Shown here in pieces: positions 59,124 through 64,000 of a stretch of DNA of 64,000 bases. The notes below the pieces were generated by a model. It did no database searches. It worked only from the letters and a program-made list of their open reading frames with translations, and was not told the DNA's origin. Location of the stretch: contig NC_043001.1 in assembly GCF_006345805.1 (NCBI RefSeq), forward strand, positions 18,352,001 through 18,416,000, written 5' to 3'. The translations under genes and the position numbers were made by a program. Numbering within the stretch: position 1 is the stretch's first letter; each line of letters opens with the position of its first letter. The DNA comes from Octopus sinensis (Eukaryota).

Positions 59124-59890
59124 TACTGTGACTCTATATAATGATAACAAAGCCCCTTTCTGAGTCATATAGACTCATAGGGCCAGTTTCCTGGTTTCTA
59201 TAATTTATATATTTCTCCCAGGACAGCATGGCAGTCCATTGCAGGATTCCTCATTTTTGCCAGCTGAGTGAACAGTAGCAACATGAAATGAAGTGTTTTG
59301 CTTAAGAACACAATGCATTGCCTGGTCCAGGGATCGAAACCATAATTTTACAATCATGAGTGGTGCACCCTAATTACTAAGCCGCATGCCTCCACATACT
59401 GGGACTCTAGTCCCCTTCTATTTATCTATTTATTTCTTTACTACCCACAAGGGGTTAAACACAGAGTGGATGAACAAGGACAAATGGATTAAGTCGATTA
59501 CATCGACCCCCAGTGCATAACTGGTACTTAATTTATTGATCCCGAAAGGATGAAAGGCAAAGTCGACCTCGGCGGAATTTGAACTCAGAATGTAATGGCA
59601 GACGAAATATGGCTACACATTTCGCCTGGCGTGCTAACGTTTCTGCCAGCTCGCCGCCTTTATCAGAGTCTCCTCCTATTTATCATAGTCCTACAGGCCA
59701 TCACTGAGCAGTTTAAGACTGGCTGTTTGTGGGAACTCATACATGTTGATGATCAAGTTCTCATGGCTGAATCTATAAGGGAGTTAGGAAAATAAACCTG
59801 GAGCTGAGCAGTTCAAGGTGAACTTAATAGAGATGAAAGTTTCAATTAGTAGGTGTATATTTGTAGTGTATATATCATTGCTTTACTGAC

Positions 59891-59998
59891 CTTGGTAAAA
59901 ATCTCATCATAACGTCTCCATCACCTGTAGCTACAGCACCACCGACTGCGTTGTCCACATAAGCACCAGCACCAACAATAGGTGAATCACCAACTCTC
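59891..59998 (-). CDS. AGA: AGA exon, 108 bp: (G)[35 protein letters not shown](S)
   Basis: Conserved Ntn-hydrolase RVGDSP..GAGAY...ATG.GD motif; AG/GT boundaries; not in the ORF track. Confidence 0.95.
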
Positions 59999-60959
59999 CT
60001 GAAAACAAAGATCTGCTTTGAATTCTACTTTATTATATAGAGATTTAGAATCACATCATTGAAACCTCAAAGCTAAGAGGTAATGCAAGATTAATTCAAA
60101 TTAATGTGAATAAATAAGCAGAACATTTGACAGAGTAATCTGAAAGCTAAAGGGATACAGAAGAGGAGGAAGAAGAGGCAGAAAAGAAACAGTAACAACA
60201 TCAGCAACAACAATGACAGCAGAGTATATGTTCTAAGTGTTGTAAGCTCATGACAAAGGGTTCTCTCCTTTAACCAAAACATAGAGTATCACCCCATGGT
60301 CTTGTGAGACTGAGGGCAAGGGTACCAAATTGTTGGGGACAGTGAAAAAAAATTAAAGGAAAATAAAAGTAAAAGTCTCCTCCACCAAATTATAAGGGAT
60401 GTCTTGTAAAAAGTGAGCAAGATGTATGAGGAGAAGCCCTATTTTCAGCAGGGAATACATTGTTCACGTTCCTTTGAAAAGTCAACAAAAAAACTGATAA
60501 ATATTTTAAATGGTAAACAGGAAGAGAAAGGGAAAGATAAAACACAGGTTGAGATGGAGATGGAATATAGACGACTTATACAGACCACTCTCAAAGTTTA
60601 TTAACAGTAACACCTTTGTTCCCAGGAGGTTGTGGGTTCTTTGAGTAACTCACTGGCTCCTTTGGAATTGATTAGTTTGTGGAGTAAATGGAAGTAAAAG
60701 GAGGTCAGGGTCATGGAGGTGTCTTGATCTAACTCAGGAGACTCTGCTTGTCCATGAGTGGGTGGGTTGCCCTTACCGGTTTCATCTTTTGTAGATCTTT
60801 TTTATTAATAATCTATGTGTTTATATATTTCATTTACCTATGAATGAAATTTAGAAAAATCTAACATAATAAATGCGAATGTCAGTGTGTCACACTTTTT
60901 CAACTTTACTCCTAGAAGCTGTAGCCCAACATATACCATTTTGGAATCAGGCTGACTCT

Positions 60960-61275
60960 GTGAGTAAATTAAAAACATTCTGGGCTGAATCCAGACCCAT
61001 AATCCTGAAATTTTGGATTCCCAAGTTTTCATTACTGCGATTGTTTTCTCGAATTTTTTACGTGACTTTTTGCAACAAATTTTTTTGCACAATAACAATT
61101 TTTACAACCTAAAGGCCAACTCCACGAGTAAATTACAAACATTCTGAGCCAAATCTGGATTCGCAATCCTGAAATATTAGATTCTCAAGTCTTCATTATT
61201 GCAATTATTTTTGGCAAATTTTTTATGTGATTTCTTGCAACAAATTTTTTTGTACGATAACAATTTTTATAACTT
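60960..61275. repeat. Diverged ~165-bp tandem duplication in AGA intron
   Basis: GAGTAAATTA.AAACATTCTG...GCAACAAATTTTTT...ATAACAATTTTTA occurs twice. Confidence 0.7.
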
Positions 61276-62748
61276 GGAAATAAATTTTGGGAATAATTGA
61301 AATTAATCGTGAAATCCAGCGATTATTTTCAGCAATTTTTTTTTGAGACAAATATGATCGTCATTGGGATATGACTCTGGAGGAAGCAACTGCAACAAAT
61401 TCTTCAAAACAAGTCAGAGAATTTGTTTGCAGGTCTCTCCATTCAGGGTCAGCAGCTTAAAAGCTATATGTCTGTTCCTTCTCGAGCCATGCCTGGTTCA
61501 TAAGGCCGGTTTCCTGGTTTCCTTGACATATAGGTTCCGCACCTGCATGGGATGCTGGTCCATCACAGGTGAGCTGCAAGATGCAGGAAGAAAGAGTGAG
61601 AGAAAGTTGTGGCGAAAGAGACAGCAGAATTTCGCCATTACCTTCTGCCAGAGCTGTGTGGAACTTAGGTGTTTCGCTCATAAGCACACACATCGCCCGG
61701 TCTGAGATTCGAACTCGCAATCCCTCAACCATGAGTCTGCTGCTCTAACCACTAGGCCACGTGCCTCCACCAAGGTAAAGTTAACACCGGTAGAATTTGA
61801 TCTGAGAACGTAACAACGTCGAAAAGCAGCTAAGCATTTTGTCCGGCGCAGTAATGATTCTGGCATTTCACCACCGTTAAAAGCTATATACTAGCTTAAA
61901 AGCTACCCAATAGAGTGGCTTTTAAGCTAGTTCTTAATATGTCTCAATGTATTGTATCATGCCTTTGTCTCATTCCCTGTCTTATAAAACAACAAACATA
62001 CAACCACACCCCTTTTATGATAAAACAAAGTCAGTGGGGCCCAATTCTTTAGTTATACCAGATAAAAGACACTGAATAATATAGCCTGGAGTATACTATT
62101 CTTGCAAAAGTAAAACAGGATGGTCATAGCTCAAACACTTTTGTTCATAGATCTGCCTGATTAAAGCTGACTTGGGTCTAAACATCAGAAGCTACAACTC
62201 ATCAAAAATAATTGAAATTTTATTAAGCATTGGTAAGTATTGCATTCTTCTTTCTACTCTCTTCAGCAAGACGTCCACCATACTTAAGTCTCTCATTACT
62301 TTGCATAAAGCCACCTCCCTCAAAACTACTCTGCCCTCAGTTGAGGGGGTTGAGTCTGGCAAGTTACTTAGTGACCTCACTGATGCTGGTACCACCCAGA
62401 ATACTCTGTAAAGGGGTTGGTGTAAGGAAGGGTATGCAGCCACAGAAACAATACCAAAGTAGATATTGGAGTTTGATGCAGCCTAGTGGTTTGCCAGTTC
62501 CTATTGAATTGTCCAACCCATGCCAGCATGGAAAGTGGATGTTAAATGATGATGTCGATGATGATGAGCTCAAGTTTAAATACTCACTGCATTAAAAATG
62601 ATAATACTAACTCAACTAATGTCTAAAAAGAACCAAGAAATCAGAGATAAACAGCAGCAGGAAAGGATCAAATATGAATATATTAAAAAAAAAAGAAGAA
62701 AAAAACGAAAAATTACAGAAATATATTTTAAAATTAAAGATTACAAAC

Positions 62749-62951
62749 CCAGGAATTTTGTGGGTCATTCCATTTGTTGAAGTTCCTCCTGCCACATTAC
62801 CTTTGGCATCAACAACAATCATACCAATGGTGTCATGGTTGGATTCGGAGATATCAGGTGAACTTTGTGGGTCATGAAATTTGTAAAGAAGGTTGCCACG
62901 ATTGGCAGGTTTGTAAGGTCCACAGTGTTTTCTAGGGTCTGGTTCAACATC
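62749..62951 (-). CDS. AGA: AGA exon, 203 bp, with autoproteolysis site HD|TIG (catalytic Thr codon 62829-62831)
   Basis: DVEPDPRKHCGPYKP...NHDTIGMIVVDAKGNVAGGTSTNGMTHKIP(G); AG/GT boundaries. Confidence 0.95.
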
Positions 62952-63672
62952 CTGTTGAAGAAATATAATGGTAATTCATAACTATAGCCATGGATAGTTG
63001 TTTCCCGATCTGGGGTGCTAGCCCCCAAGTGGGACCCCTAAATTTATTTCAGGGTGTGCTTGGAATTCAAATCAAACCTTATCTGTATTTAAATGCCTTT
63101 ATGGAATATTTAAGGGGTAGAGTTGGCCAATGTGAAAGGACATCTAAGTGGGTGCTGGACTAACAAAGGTTAGGAGACAATGTGATAGATTTCCATTTTA
63201 ATTATACATATATGGTGTAGGAGTGGCTGTGTGGTAAGTAGGTTGCTTACCAACCACATGGCTCTGGGTTCAGTCCCACTGCGTGGCACCTTGGGCAAGT
63301 GTCCTCTACTATAGCCTTGGGCCGACCAAAGCCTTGTGAGTGGATTTGGTAGACGGAAACTCAAAGAAGCCCATCGTATATATGTATATATATATCACCA
63401 TCATCAATTAACGCCTGTTTTCCATGCTGGGGCATGGATTGGACAGTTTCACTGGTACTGGCAAGCTGGAGGGCTGCACTAGGTTTCAGTCTTTGCTTTG
63501 ATAAGGTTTCTTTACCTGTTTTGGGTTCAGTTCCACTGTATGGAACAGAACCCGAAACCTTGTGGTTGGGAAGCAAACCACTTAACAAACAGCCATGTAT
63601 ATTTTTTTTTAAAGAGCATTGACATTAGGAATGAAGCTATTTGCTATGTAATACATGATCTAAGACACTTAC

Positions 63673-63785
63673 TTTCCAGTAGTTTGGTTGGCATTTACCT
63701 GAACGCCACTTCTTCCATACTGCTATTGATTTATTTGTATGCAAATCTGATTCCTTAAAGCCCATCTGAAGAGCAAATTTCGTGG
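63673..63785 (-). CDS. AGA: AGA exon, 113 bp: (A)TKFALQMGFKESDLHTNKSIAVWKKWRSGKCQPNYWK
   Basis: ttgcag acceptor, GTAAGT donor, CQPNYW motif; upstream exons lie beyond the window. Confidence 0.93.
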
Positions 63786-64000
63786 CTGCAACAAAAGCAG
63801 ATTAAACAATTATAATTCCTGTTTTAATTAATTGTAATGGACAAAGTATATATATAAAATATAATTTGTTATTCTGTTGTGTCTGGGGAGAGTCATTCTC
63901 TTTTAGTGTCTTCTTATTTAACACACTCACCGGTAAAATTTCCACTTTGCAGCCTTTTCAATAGTCTTGACTCTTGAGAGTCTTGACTCTTGAGAGTCAA

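Larger units (their letters stand above)
55400..63375. mobile_element. Scattered intronic SINE fragments in AGA (~55400-55555, 57040-57200, 57495-57660, 59155-59660, 61440-61775, 62400-62565, 63212-63375)
   Basis: Same heads and tails as the SINEs at 620-860 and 3655-4588; a further type ends GGACG(C/T)TAAA(C/T)GATGATGAT. Confidence 0.7.

Noticed and set aside
50007-63785. Functional link between a tRNA-Asp array and neighbouring aspartylglucosaminidase (releases Asp)
   Set aside because: No sequence evidence for co-regulation; most likely coincidental adjacency

Overview
This is eukaryotic, AT-rich, repeat-dense genomic DNA, most likely from an octopus or related cephalopod. That assignment is inferred from the SINE families and microsatellites and was not verified. 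There are three zones. (1) 1-5.2 kb is a SINE/MITE/LINE-remnant flank. (2) 5.2-50.6 kb is a tandem array of about 83 tRNA-Asp(GTC) genes and pseudogenes (hand count), all on the + strand, with a 158-bp monomer (72-bp gene + 86-bp spacer). Six mobile-element families interrupt it: an RTE LINE, two CR1/L2-group LINEs (called LINE-B and LINE-C here), a Tx1-clade LINE fragment, and two non-autonomous Helitrons (Hel-A, Hel-B). From 18.7 to 50 kb the array is a higher-order repeat of nine LINE-C-anchored units of about 2.9-4.1 kb. (3) 50.6-64 kb is a SINE-rich flank holding five 3' coding exons of aspartylglucosaminidase (AGA) on the - strand. The most striking pattern is that four unrelated elements (LINE-B, LINE-C, Hel-A, Hel-B) have junctions in the same ~10-bp window, -36..-27 upstream of a tRNA at the edge of a TATA-like box, and all lie antisense to the tRNAs. 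The array also preserves a readable history of its own expansion. All coordinates were read by eye and may be off by a few bases. Scattered 1-bp indels between near-identical copies may be assembly errors.
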